A stretch of DNA of 64,000 nucleotides. Origin: Prosthecobacter debontii (GTDB lineage: Bacteria; Verrucomicrobiota; Verrucomicrobiia; Verrucomicrobiales; Verrucomicrobiaceae). Below the pieces are notes generated by a model. The model worked only from the letters and a program-made list of their open reading frames with translations, was not told the DNA's origin and made no database searches. Positions 6,972 through 17,431 of the stretch are shown one piece after another. Each line of letters starts with the position of its first letter. The first letter of the stretch is position 1. The translations under genes and the position numbers were made by a program. The stretch lies in contig CAMBPV010000003.1 in assembly GCA_945869695.1 (NCBI GenBank), positions 9,687 through 73,686 on the forward strand, in the 5' to 3' direction.

Positions 6972-8671
6972 GCAGCCGAGGCGGGAGGAAGCTTCTTATT
7001 GACCCGACGCTTAGCGGCCATTGGCACGGGGGCGAGTTCCACGTCAGCCATGGCCTGAATGACGGCTTCATCCTTGCTGATCACCTTGACGCTATCGGGA
7101 TTTCCCGTGGGATTGCTCACCGTCGGCTCTTTGGTGTATTTGATGCGGTTGTGCATCATGCTGAGGAGGGTCTTCCCAAAGCTGGCCTTCACGCGGGCGA
7201 GTTCGGAAATGGTGAGGTCGCACTCGTCCAACTGGCCATCGAGCATCCGAGCCTGAACGATGTCGTCCACCAAGGACTCGATGCGCGAGGCATTGGGCTT
7301 CTCCAGAGTGCGTGAGGCGCTCTCCACGGCATCGGCCAAGCTGATGATGGCGGACTCCCGGAACTGGGGACGCGGTCCAGGGTAGCGGAAGACGTCTTCC
7401 GTCACTTGGGGGACATCATCCTCTTTTGCCTTATCCTCCTCCACGAGCCTGAGGACTTCGGCTTTGTGATCGAGGGCTTGGCGATAGAAATACCAGACCA
7501 GAGAGGTGCCGTGATGCTGCTCAATGACGTCGATGATTCGGGAGTTCAGCTTGTGCTTGATGGCGAGATCAACGCCATCTTTGACATGGGCGATAAGCAC
7601 GAGAGCGCTCATGCGAGCGGTGAGGTCCTTATGGGGATTTTCCGCCGGGTCCATGTTTTCGATGAAGTAGTCAGGCTTTGAGAGCTTTCCAATGTCATGA
7701 AAATAGGCGCAGACACGGCACATGGTGGCGCTGGCTCCGATGGCCTCGCCTGCGGCCTCGGCTAAATTTGCCACGACGAGACTGTGATGGTAAGTGCCGG
7801 GTGCCTCGATGCTGAGACGGCGCATGAGCGGGTGGTTCAAGTCGGCCAACTCCAGCCAACTGACGGCGGTGGTGACCCCAAAGAGCGTCTCCAGGACGGG
7901 CAAAAATCCGCCCACGACCATGCCGGTCAAAATTCCCGTCACGAAGGGAGCGCCTGCAACGACGCCCCAAGAAAAGGAACTGCCTCCACCCGATGCCTGA
8001 TAAAGAAGGAGGGAGAAAATCGCAGCGGCGGCTCCGACCCAGAGGCCAGCGGTGAAAAGGCGATGCCTGCGCCTGACGCTGTCCGAGACGAAGATGACCA
8101 AGAACCCCACGAGCGCGGAGCTGGCCAGGAAGGTAAAGGGGTTCACCATCGAGCTCACGGGCATGGTGACCATGGCTCCGAGGAGCGTGGAGTGAACGGC
8201 TCCAAAGACACCCATGCGTCGGCCCAGCATCACGGACAAAACCAGCGGAGCGAAAGCATGAGGCAGGAAGAGCACCAGCGTCCCACCGTTCCATCCCTGT
8301 GCGATGCCAAACTGCAAGGCCACCAAGACCAAGCCCACGTGCATGAGGATGGAGCCCATGATGAGCATGACGGCGCGGTTGTCCTCCACCACTTGGCGGT
8401 GAGAAATGAAGAGGTGTATCACGGCCGCCGTCGCGACGGCACCTGCACATAGCCAGTTCAAGGCACCGGGAACGGTGAGCCCATCAGCCACTTTGGAACC
8501 GAGCCGAAGGAGGATGCCAACGACGACCAAGTAAAAGAGGATGACCACTCCCCTGCCAGCAGGATGGCACCGGAAGAGGTCGAACAAATCTCCCTCCTGG
8601 TGTTTTCTACGCGTCTTGCCGCAAGAGAGTCCTTCTCTTTGCAACTGCGCTCTCCGAAAGCTTTCGAACAT
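6968..8671 (-). CDS. 7TM-HD membrane phosphohydrolase (PgpH/YqfF-like)
   Basis: Multi-span hydrophobic core followed by an HD domain (YFHDIGKL, IEQHHG). It sits directly upstream of ybeY, as in many bacteria. ATG at 8671 is preferred over the track TTG at 8680. Confidence 0.8.
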   Translation of the reverse strand: MFESFRRAQLQREGLSCGKTRRKHQEGDLFDLFRCHPAGRGVVILFYLVVVGILLRLGSKVADGLTVPGALNWLCAGAVATAAVIHLFISHRQVVEDNRAVMLIMGSILMHVGLVLVALQFGIAQGWNGGTLVLFLPHAFAPLVLSVMLGRRMGVFGAVHSTLLGAMVTMPVSSMVNPFTFLASSALVGFLVIFVSDSVRRRHRLFTAGLWVGAAAAIFSLLLYQASGGGSSFSWGVVAGAPFVTGILTGMVVGGFLPVLETLFGVTTAVSWLELADLNHPLMRRLSIEAPGTYHHSLVVANLAEAAGEAIGASATMCRVCAYFHDIGKLSKPDYFIENMDPAENPHKDLTARMSALVLIAHVKDGVDLAIKHKLNSRIIDVIEQHHGTSLVWYFYRQALDHKAEVLRLVEEDKAKEDDVPQVTEDVFRYPGPRPQFRESAIISLADAVESASRTLEKPNASRIESLVDDIVQARMLDGQLDECDLTISELARVKASFGKTLLSMMHNRIKYTKEPTVSNPTGNPDSVKVISKDEAVIQAMADVELAPVPMAAKRRVNKKLPPASAA

Positions 8672-8838
8672 GGTTTTCAATCAGGGCCTGTGACTAACCC
8701 GAGGGTCTCAAGAATACATTCTTACAAGAATCTCACAAGCAAGGAAATTGGGGCATTAAGCCCCCTTCCCTTCCTCCTTTGGCTAGTTTTCATCCTACCT
8801 TGGACAAAACCAGATCTCCGGCTACCCTTGGCGGCCTT

Positions 8839-10110
8839 ATGTTAGACATCCGATTGCTGAGAGAGAACCCCGGTCAGATCAAAGAACGCCTCCAAAACCG
8901 AGGAGGATCTCTGGCGTCCCAAGTTGATGCCGTTCTCGAGATCGATGAACAACGCCGAAACGCTGAGACTGAGCGGCAGAAGCTCCAGAGTGACCGGAAT
9001 CGGATCAGCAAGGAAATCGGGATGGCCAAGAAAAAGGGTGAGGACACCAGCACGATCGAGGCGGAAGTCCGGGGCATCGGCCAGCGGATCGACCAGATCG
9101 GGAAGGATGCGGATGAAGCCGATGAAAAGCAGCGCAATCTGCTCCTTCAGATCCCCAACCTGCCTCACGAGGCCTGCCCTGTCGGCGCCAGCGCTGAGGA
9201 TAATCCCGAAGTGCGCGCTTGGGGAAACAAACCGACCTTCAACTTTGCGCCGAGAGACCATGTGTCGCTGGGCCAAACGCTGGGGATTCTCGACTTCGAG
9301 GCCGGAGCAAAAATCAGCGGCAGCGCTTTTGTGGTCTATCGCGCAGCCGGTGCGCGACTGGAGCGTGCGTTGATCAATTTTCTCTTGGATCTCCACACGA
9401 CTCAGCACGGGTACACGGAAATCAGCCCGCCCTTGTTGGTGAAGCCCGAGGCTCTGGTCGGGACTGCTCAGTTGCCAAAATTTGAAGATCAGCAGTATAA
9501 ATGCGAGCGTGACAATCTGTATCTCGTGCCGACCGCCGAAGTGCCTGTGACAAATCTGCACCGGGAAGAGATCGTGGCCTTGGAGTCACTGCCAATTCGA
9601 TATGCTGCCTACACCCCCTGCTTCCGCAGCGAGGCGGGTGCCTCGGGTTTGGGCACTCGGGGTCTCATCCGAATGCACCAGTTTGACAAAGTTGAGCTGG
9701 TTAAGATCACCACCCCCGAGACCTCCATGTGCGAGCTGGAGTCTCTCACGGCCCATGCTGAAAAGGTGCTGCAACTGTTGGGTCTGCATTACCGGATCAT
9801 CGAGCTTTGCACCGGTGATATCGGATTCGGAAGCACAAAGACTTACGACATCGAAGTTTGGGCGCCCGGTCAGGATGGCTACCTCGAGGTCTCGAGCTGC
9901 AGCAATTTCGGCGACTACCAAGCGCGTCGAATGAACCTCCGTTTCAAAGACGAGAATGGGAAAAATAGGTTTTGCCACACGCTCAACGGATCAGGCACCG
10001 CTTTGGCCCGACTCTTTGTGGCGCTTTTGGAAACCTATCAGCAAGAAGATGGCAGCATTCGGATTCCCGAGGCGCTGTTGCCTTATTTTGGCTCTCCCGA
10101 GATCCGCTAA
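8839..10110 (+). CDS. serS: Seryl-tRNA synthetase
   Basis: MLDIRLLRENP.. N-terminal coiled-coil arm and class II core motifs (FRSEAG, GSGTALAR). ATG at 8839 is in frame with track ORF 8779. Confidence 0.92.
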   Translation: MLDIRLLRENPGQIKERLQNRGGSLASQVDAVLEIDEQRRNAETERQKLQSDRNRISKEIGMAKKKGEDTSTIEAEVRGIGQRIDQIGKDADEADEKQRNLLLQIPNLPHEACPVGASAEDNPEVRAWGNKPTFNFAPRDHVSLGQTLGILDFEAGAKISGSAFVVYRAAGARLERALINFLLDLHTTQHGYTEISPPLLVKPEALVGTAQLPKFEDQQYKCERDNLYLVPTAEVPVTNLHREEIVALESLPIRYAAYTPCFRSEAGASGLGTRGLIRMHQFDKVELVKITTPETSMCELESLTAHAEKVLQLLGLHYRIIELCTGDIGFGSTKTYDIEVWAPGQDGYLEVSSCSNFGDYQARRMNLRFKDENGKNRFCHTLNGSGTALARLFVALLETYQQEDGSIRIPEALLPYFGSPEIR

Positions 10111-10119
10111 AACGTTACT

Positions 10120-11112
10120 TTGAAAGGACCCAAGCAAGCACTCGAGGAGGTCAGGGCGCGATACCCTGATCTCTCACCCGATTCCCCTGCCCTGATCGGT
10201 GTATCGGGAGGAAGGGATTCGATGGTATTGATGAACGTCCTCGCCGAAGAGGGCTGGGCGGAGTTGGTGGTCTGCCATCTGAATCACGGACTTCGCAGCG
10301 AGGATTCAGATGCAGACGAAGCCTTTGTCCGAGATGCGGCTAAGGCGCGGGGGTTCAAGTTTGAGTCGGTCAAAGTGGACATTGCACGGAAGGCCGCATC
10401 GAAAAAGGTGTCCACAGAGCTCGCGGGTCGAGAATCGAGGGAGGCTTTCTTTGTGAAGATGGCGCGCAAGCACCTGACTCGTTTTGTTTTTCTCGCTCAT
10501 CACTTGGATGATCAAGCCGAGACCGTGATCGGTAATCTCTTCCGCGGCACAGGGCTCGCCGGGCTCGCGGGCATGAGTGTGGCGACGGAAACGGATGAAG
10601 GTCTGGTGAAGGTGAGGCCTCTTTTAAGCAATCGCCGCTCGGAAGTGGATGCCTACGTCACGGCCCGCGGGATCGGGTATCGAGAGGATGCCACTAATTC
10701 GGAGCCGGTCCACCGTCGCAATCGCATCAGGCATGAACTGCTTCCCCTGATCAATGAAATCTTCGGCCGTGATGTCACACCGATTCTTCACCGAGTGTCG
10801 TCTCAGTCCGAGCGTGATCACTCATGCCTCGATGAGATGGCTCGTGACTTCGCTCGCTTCCACGGGTTGTTTCAAGAGGACGGCTCGCTCGTTCTGACCG
10901 ATGAGTTTCGGGAGGCCAACTCGGCACTCCAATCGCGGATCCTGATGGGATTGCTCATCGATGTGAACGGCTGTGCTCAGATCTCCAGCCAAGAAATCGA
11001 ATCCGCACTCCGGATGATGAAGCCCAACGGGCCTCCCAAGATCAACCTGCCTGGAGGCAAACACCTCCGCCGCAAGGCCTCGCGCCTATGGGTAGAGACA
11101 CCTCCGTCGTGA
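10120..11112 (+). CDS. tilS: tRNA(Ile)-lysidine synthase
   Basis: PP-loop motif GVSGGRDSMVL and LAHHLDDQAETV. The start is TTG at 10120; there is no upstream in-frame ATG. Confidence 0.8.
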   Translation: MKGPKQALEEVRARYPDLSPDSPALIGVSGGRDSMVLMNVLAEEGWAELVVCHLNHGLRSEDSDADEAFVRDAAKARGFKFESVKVDIARKAASKKVSTELAGRESREAFFVKMARKHLTRFVFLAHHLDDQAETVIGNLFRGTGLAGLAGMSVATETDEGLVKVRPLLSNRRSEVDAYVTARGIGYREDATNSEPVHRRNRIRHELLPLINEIFGRDVTPILHRVSSQSERDHSCLDEMARDFARFHGLFQEDGSLVLTDEFREANSALQSRILMGLLIDVNGCAQISSQEIESALRMMKPNGPPKINLPGGKHLRRKASRLWVETPPS

Positions 11113-11119
11113 TCCCGGA

Positions 11120-12304
11120 CTAGAGAAGTCTCTTGAGCAATGGGAAACCACTCGGCGATAGTTTGCCGAGTGAGGGCAAGGTGGCCAACGCCTGGGCAGG
11201 CTGCTTAATGAGCGCACGTGCTTTGAGGAAGAACCACGCCGATTTGCTCTTTGGATTGGCCAACGTGAAATCAAGGATGTCGCGCGAGCAATCAGCCCAC
11301 TCCGTCTTGTAGCGACTAACTTCGACGCCGAAATCATACTCACGCAGACCGCGCTTCTCGATGGCCCATTTGAAAGTGAGCGCATTCATGACGGTGCCGA
11401 TACTCAGCTTGGCAAATGCCGGGTCCCAACCTCCCTGGAAGCCCCAAATCTTTTCGTCGTAGATGAAATCATATCGGACGGCTGCTGGGACCCCATCGAC
11501 ATAAAGCACGAACATCGCAAGCCATCCCTTCTCATGCAGCAACGGCATCAAGCGGCGGTGAAACTCAATGAATTCAGGCGTGTTGAACGATCTGTTTTGC
11601 TCCCCCCATCGGATGGCATTCAGTTTGAGTAGAATGTCGAAAGCGGAATCGAGTGAGATGTCCTCACCCGCAGTCTTGAATTCCCAACGATGTTGCGTTT
11701 CGAGTTTTCCCAGACGATTTCGAATGGTGGAACGGAACTTCGGAGACCTTCCTTTGAGGTAATCTTCCCACGTTTTGGGCAGATCAGCATAGGGTGCCTC
11801 TCGTGTTTGAACCTCAGGCTTGGCCCTCGTCCCTAGTTGATTCCTCGCTGTCCGCAGGGTTCCCGAAAGCTCAAAACCGGCGGGCAAAGCCAGGAAATCC
11901 CAATTGGGCATTGCTTTGTCCCACATCATCCGACAGAACGCCGCCACGATATCGTCCTTCCGTTCGCTGTGAATGATGAAATCCTGGCACTCACTGGTGG
12001 AATCACAAATACCCCCCATGAAGGTCAAGTGACGTAACAGTTTCCGCCTCCACTGACCCGGTCCCACGGCCATCGGCGCGATCCCGCACAAGCGACCGCT
12101 CTCGTCTCGGGCGGTTAGAACGCAGAGTTGGTGGTCCTCTCCGTAAACCTTCCACCACGTGAAAAGGTACTCCCAAGTCAGGTAAATCGTCCCGACACCT
12201 GAGAGCGCCAGAAGCTGATTCCACTCAGGCTGTAGAGTGCGCAGCTCACGCTCCGAGGTGATTCTTGAGAAGGTGAAAGTAGCTAAAGTTGACACCGAGG
12301 GCAT
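11120..12304 (-). CDS. GNAT-type acetyltransferase (CelD/BioF2-like, FemAB-like fold)
   Basis: 394 aa. The N-terminal pattern L..EW..L......IYLTWEYL..WW..Y is typical of Acetyltransf_6 / cellulose-biosynthesis CelD-like proteins. Confidence 0.65.
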   Translation of the reverse strand: MPSVSTLATFTFSRITSERELRTLQPEWNQLLALSGVGTIYLTWEYLFTWWKVYGEDHQLCVLTARDESGRLCGIAPMAVGPGQWRRKLLRHLTFMGGICDSTSECQDFIIHSERKDDIVAAFCRMMWDKAMPNWDFLALPAGFELSGTLRTARNQLGTRAKPEVQTREAPYADLPKTWEDYLKGRSPKFRSTIRNRLGKLETQHRWEFKTAGEDISLDSAFDILLKLNAIRWGEQNRSFNTPEFIEFHRRLMPLLHEKGWLAMFVLYVDGVPAAVRYDFIYDEKIWGFQGGWDPAFAKLSIGTVMNALTFKWAIEKRGLREYDFGVEVSRYKTEWADCSRDILDFTLANPKSKSAWFFLKARALIKQPAQALATLPSLGKLSPSGFPLLKRLL

Positions 12305-12386
12305 GAGAGAGCTGGATTCGCTGCGTTAGAACGGTCCATCTGGAGTCTGATAAAATCAAATAAATACTATAAATTTGATATTTTAG

Positions 12387-13676
12387 GTGCTCAAGCGTAG
12401 ATTTGGTCTCGCCCGCCTTCCATCCTCAATTGGACTTCCTCCCTCCCCCGATTTGCAAACACCCTCCCCCATCCCCCAAGGCTTGAAAAAAGAGACCCCA
12501 TCCACTCGGTCCACCCGCTACCGTTGGCTTGATTCCTGGCGTGGCATCGCGTGCCTGATGCTGATTGTTTACCACGCCATGTTTTACGTCGATGAATCGA
12601 TCGGCATCTTCGCAGGAGACGTTTGGCATACATTGGTGTGGGCGGCGCGTCGAATGTGGATCGGCGTTCCCATCTTCTTCGTGATCTCAGGCTATTGCAT
12701 CGCGGGCAGTGTGAGATCGCTTCAGGATCAGACCGGAGGACTGAAGCAATTTGCGCAGAGGCGTTTCTTGAGAATCTACCCGCCCCTTTGGGCAGCCTGT
12801 GCAATGGCGGCGCTGACTTGGCAGGTTGCTGAAACTTCGCCATTTCTCAGTCAATACTGCCGCCAAATCAAGGGAGTCGGAGATCTCTCAATCTGGCAAT
12901 GGATTGGGAACCTGACCGCCACCGAATCGTGGCTCCATCATGTCTTTTCCAGCGGATCAGGTCCCAACTATCTGATGGGGATCATTTGGACACTCTGTTA
13001 TGAGGAGCAGTTTTATTTGATCGCCGCGCTCATGTTAATCGCCTTCCGGAGCAAGGCATTCCTCGGTTCCGTGGCGGTAACGGCCATTGCGGCACTGCTT
13101 TTTTTATCAGGCGCTGCAGTCAGTCCGAGTTTGGCTGGATTTTTTCTGGATGGGCATTGGCTTCTTTTCGCGTTCGGCTGGGCGGCCCACCATGCCATCA
13201 ACGAGTCACGCCTCGCTGGAAAGATTTGCATCATCGGTGCGCTCTTGCTCACGGTGGTGGCAGCGCTACTCGCCATGAGAGGCGAGAACTCTGACACAGC
13301 GCTCCACTTTGACCTCTCCCTCGCGTCCGCTGCGTCTTTTGCCCTTTTGCTTATCATCGCCCACCCGTGGGATGCTGTGCTGTCGAAAGCTCGACTGACG
13401 CAGCCTTTTGCCGCTGTCGGAAAGATTTCATACAGTGTTTACCTCACCCATTATGTGCCTGTGACATTGATCTCGGCCGCATTTGCTGGAGTGGGACTGC
13501 ACAGTCACTTCTTCACGCTCGCGGTTGTCCTACCTCTCAGTTTTTTGGCCTCATGGCTGGTCGGGTATCCCTTCTATCTGCTCATCGAGAGACGATTCTC
13601 CACCGGACGCAAAAAGTCTGCGAAAGCTGCTGCCTGCCTGCCCGAGAGCATCGCCCCTCAAAAGGCACCATGCTGA
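12387..13676 (+). CDS. Acyltransferase family 3 membrane protein (OafA-like O-acyltransferase)
   Basis: RYRWLDSWRGIACLMLIVYH opening motif and about 10 hydrophobic spans. GTG start. Divergent from the GNAT gene. Confidence 0.7.
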   Translation: MLKRRFGLARLPSSIGLPPSPDLQTPSPIPQGLKKETPSTRSTRYRWLDSWRGIACLMLIVYHAMFYVDESIGIFAGDVWHTLVWAARRMWIGVPIFFVISGYCIAGSVRSLQDQTGGLKQFAQRRFLRIYPPLWAACAMAALTWQVAETSPFLSQYCRQIKGVGDLSIWQWIGNLTATESWLHHVFSSGSGPNYLMGIIWTLCYEEQFYLIAALMLIAFRSKAFLGSVAVTAIAALLFLSGAAVSPSLAGFFLDGHWLLFAFGWAAHHAINESRLAGKICIIGALLLTVVAALLAMRGENSDTALHFDLSLASAASFALLLIIAHPWDAVLSKARLTQPFAAVGKISYSVYLTHYVPVTLISAAFAGVGLHSHFFTLAVVLPLSFLASWLVGYPFYLLIERRFSTGRKKSAKAAACLPESIAPQKAPC

Positions 13677-13730
13677 CCTTGCAGAGACTGAAATTGCTGG
13701 TTCAATGTCGGCCACATCCGACCCGCCTTC

Positions 13731-14654
13731 ATGCACATCACCGACATTCTCAAGCAACAGAGCCCGACATTCTCATTCGAGTTCTTTCCGCCCAAATCAG
13801 CCGAGGCATCTGAAGGCCTCTACCAGACCATCGGTGAATTGGAGACGCTCCGCCCGGCCTTTGTGAGTGTGACCTACGGGGCGGGTGGCTCCACACGGGA
13901 GCTGACTCATGATCTCGTCGTGCGGATCAAAAAGACCACCTCGCTCGATCCCATCCCTCACCTCACCTGTGTCTGTCATAGCGAGGCCGATGTTCAGGGC
14001 ATCCTCGAGCGCTATGCGGAAGCCGGTGTGAGTAACATCCTCGCGCTGGGAGGTGATCCGCCCAAAAGCCTGGAGGGATACAAGCGTGAAAATGACGCCT
14101 TTCAGCACGCTGCCGACCTCGTGCGTTTCATCAAAAAGTTCAACGACTCAGGTGTTCATGCGGATCAACGGGGTTTCGGGATCGGTGTGGCGGGCTTCCC
14201 TGAAGGTCATCCTGCCACTCCTAATCGGCTTTCCGAAATGGAGCATTTGAAAGCAAAGGTCGATGCCGGTGCCGACTACATCTGCACTCAGTTGTTCTTC
14301 GACAATCATGACTTTTACGACTTTCGAGCTCGCTGCCGCCTCGCGGGTATTCATGTGCCGATCATCGCCGGAATCATGCCCATCACTTCCGCGTCGGGGA
14401 TGCAGCGAATGGCTGATCTCGCCGCGGGAGCCCGCTACCCTGCCAAACTGCTGCGAGCCATCGCACGCGCCGGGAACGATGAAGAGGCCGTGCAACGAGT
14501 CGGTGTTCACTACGCCACCGAGCAATGCCATGACTTGCTCGACAACGGAGTCGACGGCATTCACTTCTATACTCTGAACAAGACGAGGGCGACACGTGAT
14601 ATCTACTCAAGCTTGGGTATCCCTGACTCTGCATCCCTTCGGGCAACCAGCTAG
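13731..14654 (+). CDS. metF: 5,10-methylenetetrahydrofolate reductase
   Basis: FSFEFFPPK.., SVTYGAGGSTR, THLTCV and FYTLN motifs over 307 aa. Confidence 0.9.
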   Translation: MHITDILKQQSPTFSFEFFPPKSAEASEGLYQTIGELETLRPAFVSVTYGAGGSTRELTHDLVVRIKKTTSLDPIPHLTCVCHSEADVQGILERYAEAGVSNILALGGDPPKSLEGYKRENDAFQHAADLVRFIKKFNDSGVHADQRGFGIGVAGFPEGHPATPNRLSEMEHLKAKVDAGADYICTQLFFDNHDFYDFRARCRLAGIHVPIIAGIMPITSASGMQRMADLAAGARYPAKLLRAIARAGNDEEAVQRVGVHYATEQCHDLLDNGVDGIHFYTLNKTRATRDIYSSLGIPDSASLRATS

Positions 14655-14656
14655 GC

Positions 14657-15589
14657 ATGACCTCCGAAAGCACACCGCTCATCGGCGCCATCGAAGCAGG
14701 TGGCACCAAATTTGTTTGTGCCGTCCTTCGAGGGCAGACTCAGATCATTGACGAGACCAGCATTCCGACGACGGATCCCGTGGAGACACTGAAGTCCGTC
14801 ATTCGTTTTTTTGTTGGCGCCAGAGCCAAGCATGGGCCCGTGGCAGCTTTTGGTGTCGGCTCGTTCGGTCCTTTAGACCTTGACCCCAACAGCCAAACGC
14901 ATGGTTTCATCACCACCACTCCGAAGCACGGCTGGCAGCATGTGGACCTGATCAAGCCACTCAAAACGCAGTTCAAAGTCCCAGTTGCGATCGACACAGA
15001 CGTGAATGCTGCTGCTCTCGGTGAGTACTTGTGGGGCGCAGGAAAAGGCTGTGATCCCCTCATCTACATTACCGTCGGCACGGGAGTTGGAGGTGGAGTT
15101 ATCGTCAACGGGCATCTGCTACACGGCATGATGCACCCTGAAATTGGGCACCTCATCATTCCTCCACCACCTGGACAGGGAGCTATCAATGCAGCCTGTC
15201 AGTGTCCCTTTCACGAGAGCTGCCTGGAGGGATTTGCTTCGGGTCCTGCCATCATGAAAAGGTGGGGAATGCGAGCCGAATCGCTGCCAGCGGATCACGC
15301 CGCCTGGGCAGATGTGAGTGACGCACTGGCGAGTGGGCTTGCGAATTTAACCCTCACACTGTCTCCGATGCGCATCATTCTGGGAGGAGGCGTGATGCAT
15401 CAGAAACACCTGCTTCCACTCATTCGAGCCAAGTTTCAGCAGAAACTGAATGGTTACCTCCAACTGCCCGCAATCACTCGCAAAGTCGATGATTTCATCG
15501 TCTCACCAGGATTAGGGGACCGCTCCGGCCTTTTGGGCGCAATGGCGCTCGGCGAGGGAGCGCTGAGAAATGGCGCGGCTAGCGCCTAG
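14657..15589 (+). CDS. ROK family sugar kinase (fructokinase Mak-like)
   Basis: IGAIEAGGTKFVCAV ATP-binding start, ITVGTGVGGG, and a Cys/His cluster CQCPFHESCLE at the ROK zinc position. Confidence 0.75.
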   Translation: MTSESTPLIGAIEAGGTKFVCAVLRGQTQIIDETSIPTTDPVETLKSVIRFFVGARAKHGPVAAFGVGSFGPLDLDPNSQTHGFITTTPKHGWQHVDLIKPLKTQFKVPVAIDTDVNAAALGEYLWGAGKGCDPLIYITVGTGVGGGVIVNGHLLHGMMHPEIGHLIIPPPPGQGAINAACQCPFHESCLEGFASGPAIMKRWGMRAESLPADHAAWADVSDALASGLANLTLTLSPMRIILGGGVMHQKHLLPLIRAKFQQKLNGYLQLPAITRKVDDFIVSPGLGDRSGLLGAMALGEGALRNGAASA

Positions 15590-16592
15590 CGATGACGCCG
15601 ATGCCGGGTCTTTTGGGCATTTGCAGAAAACCCTGCCCGTCGTAAAGCAGGCCCTCGTAGTCATCATCAGCGAGATACAAATGACCATCGAGGTCAATCC
15701 AATCAGCCAGAGGTGCCAGATGCGCCGCCGCCGTCACGCCGATGGAACTTTCGATCATGCAACCGAGTAGGACCTTCAGCCCTGCCGAGCGAGCCTCGCG
15801 CATCATTTCGGCTGCACGTCGCCAGCCGCCACACTTCAGCATCTTCACATTCACGCCCTCCACAAGACCCTCCAATTTGCGCACATCTAACTGCGTCTGG
15901 GCACTTTCATCCGCCACCAGTTTCATTTCGCAGTCCCCCAGATGTCCCCTCAGTTTTTCCCAAGCCTGAATCCCCTCTCGATGACTGATGGGTTGCTCGA
16001 TGAACTCCAGATTCAAGCACTCCACTTTCGGGATCAGATCGGCGGCCTGCTCGACGGACCACCCGCCATTCACGTCGGCAAAAAGGATAGCATCGGGTGC
16101 AGCCGACCGCGCGACCTTGACGATTCTCTGATCCCAATCCACATCACCACTTCCCAATTTCAGTTTGAGCACTCGAAATCGGCGAGCCGTCTCTCTAACC
16201 TTTTTTTCAAATACCTCCAGATCCGTGGGAATGCTCAAAGAGCGACATCCCTGAATTTGACCTGATGCAATGAATTCAGCACCCATCGGTTCACCCGAGA
16301 CCTTACCTCTCCAATCCGCTTGGAGAAGTTCCAACGCGAGTCTGGCGACTCGAGGTGCCTCTGAGGGAATGTCTGAATCCATTTCAAAACTGCTCAGCCC
16401 TCGAAGCCAACGAACCGTCTCATCGGGAAGATCGGGATAATAAGGAACAAAGGGCGCCTCACCCACGGCCTCAAATGCTTCAGTTCGGATCCGAAGCCGG
16501 AGAACTTGCCGCTCGGCCGAAGACCCATGGGAAATTCGAAACGGCTCTGTCAGGCGCAGGGTCTTGGTCTCAATTGAAAAGTCCGCAGGCAT
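15579..16592 (-). CDS. Enolase-superfamily MLE-subgroup enzyme, either o-succinylbenzoate synthase (MenC) or dipeptide epimerase
   Basis: KLKLG (K-x-K), DVNGGW, EQP, ADES and KMLKCGG catalytic/metal motifs. It lies at the end of the menF-menD-thyA string. ATG 16592 is chosen to avoid overlap with thyA. Confidence 0.7.
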   Translation of the reverse strand: MPADFSIETKTLRLTEPFRISHGSSAERQVLRLRIRTEAFEAVGEAPFVPYYPDLPDETVRWLRGLSSFEMDSDIPSEAPRVARLALELLQADWRGKVSGEPMGAEFIASGQIQGCRSLSIPTDLEVFEKKVRETARRFRVLKLKLGSGDVDWDQRIVKVARSAAPDAILFADVNGGWSVEQAADLIPKVECLNLEFIEQPISHREGIQAWEKLRGHLGDCEMKLVADESAQTQLDVRKLEGLVEGVNVKMLKCGGWRRAAEMMREARSAGLKVLLGCMIESSIGVTAAAHLAPLADWIDLDGHLYLADDDYEGLLYDGQGFLQMPKRPGIGVIARR

Positions 16593-16599
16593 AGACGGA

Positions 16600-17397
16600 T
16601 CAAACCGCAATGTCTGCCTTGATCGAAGGCCAAGCTTCGTAATTCTCCAAGGTGAAATCTTCAAAAACGAAACCATCGATGTCTCGCACCTCTGGATTGA
16701 TTCGCATGGTCGGTAACGGTTTCGGCTCCCGGGTCAACTGGAGTCGCGCCTGTTCCAAATGGTTCGAGTAGAGATGAAGGTCACCGAAGGTGTGAACAAA
16801 ATCTCCAGGCTCGAGATCACAGACCTGAGCCACCATCATCGCGAGTAGAGCGTAGGATGCGATGTTAAAAGGCACCCCGAGAAAAAGGTCTGCGCTGCGC
16901 TGATACAGCTGGCAACTCAGCTTACCACGATCCACAAAAAACTGAAAGAGCACGTGACAAGGAGGCAGCGCCATCTCAGCAACACGGGCCACATTCCAAG
17001 CGCTGACGATGTGCCTGCGGCTGTAAGGATTCGTTTTGATGCCATCAACGAGACCCCGGATTTGATCATACGGCTTCCCTCCAGGCTCACCCTCCCACCG
17101 CCGCCACTGTGCACCGTAAACAGGCCCGAGGTCGCCCTTCTCGTCTGCCCACTCGTCCCAAATGCTGACTTTGTGATCGTTCAAGTAGCGGACGTTTGTA
17201 TCCCCTTTGAGGAACCACAGAAGCTCGTGGATGATGGACCTCAGGTGCAGTTTTTTTGTCGTGACGACAGGAAAGCCAGCCGATAGATCGTAGCGTGATT
17301 GTTCTCCAAAAATGGAGTATGCACCCACGCCTGTGCGATCCTCACGGTAGCTGCCGTGGTCGAGCACTTTTTGAAGAAGTCGGTGATATTCCTGCAT
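16600..17397 (-). CDS. thyA: Thymidylate synthase
   Basis: [27 protein letters not shown] and [16 protein letters not shown] motifs; 265 aa. Confidence 0.95.
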   Translation of the reverse strand: MQEYHRLLQKVLDHGSYREDRTGVGAYSIFGEQSRYDLSAGFPVVTTKKLHLRSIIHELLWFLKGDTNVRYLNDHKVSIWDEWADEKGDLGPVYGAQWRRWEGEPGGKPYDQIRGLVDGIKTNPYSRRHIVSAWNVARVAEMALPPCHVLFQFFVDRGKLSCQLYQRSADLFLGVPFNIASYALLAMMVAQVCDLEPGDFVHTFGDLHLYSNHLEQARLQLTREPKPLPTMRINPEVRDIDGFVFEDFTLENYEAWPSIKADIAV

Positions 17398-17431
17398 GAT
17401 GGCGGCCAGCGTAGTTCAAATTGCTCGGGCA

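Noticed and set aside
7695-8452. 251-aa (-) and 222-aa (+) ORFs inside the pgpH-like gene
   Set aside because: They are alternative-frame or antisense shadows of a GC-rich gene. They are Arg/Gly/His-rich, and the 7TM-HD frame explains the region.
8710-8723. Palindrome AAGAATACATTCTT in the pgpH/serS divergent region as a regulatory site or T-box element
   Set aside because: It is a single short AT-rich palindrome with no specifier or T-box features. I cannot distinguish it from chance. It is recorded here only as a note.
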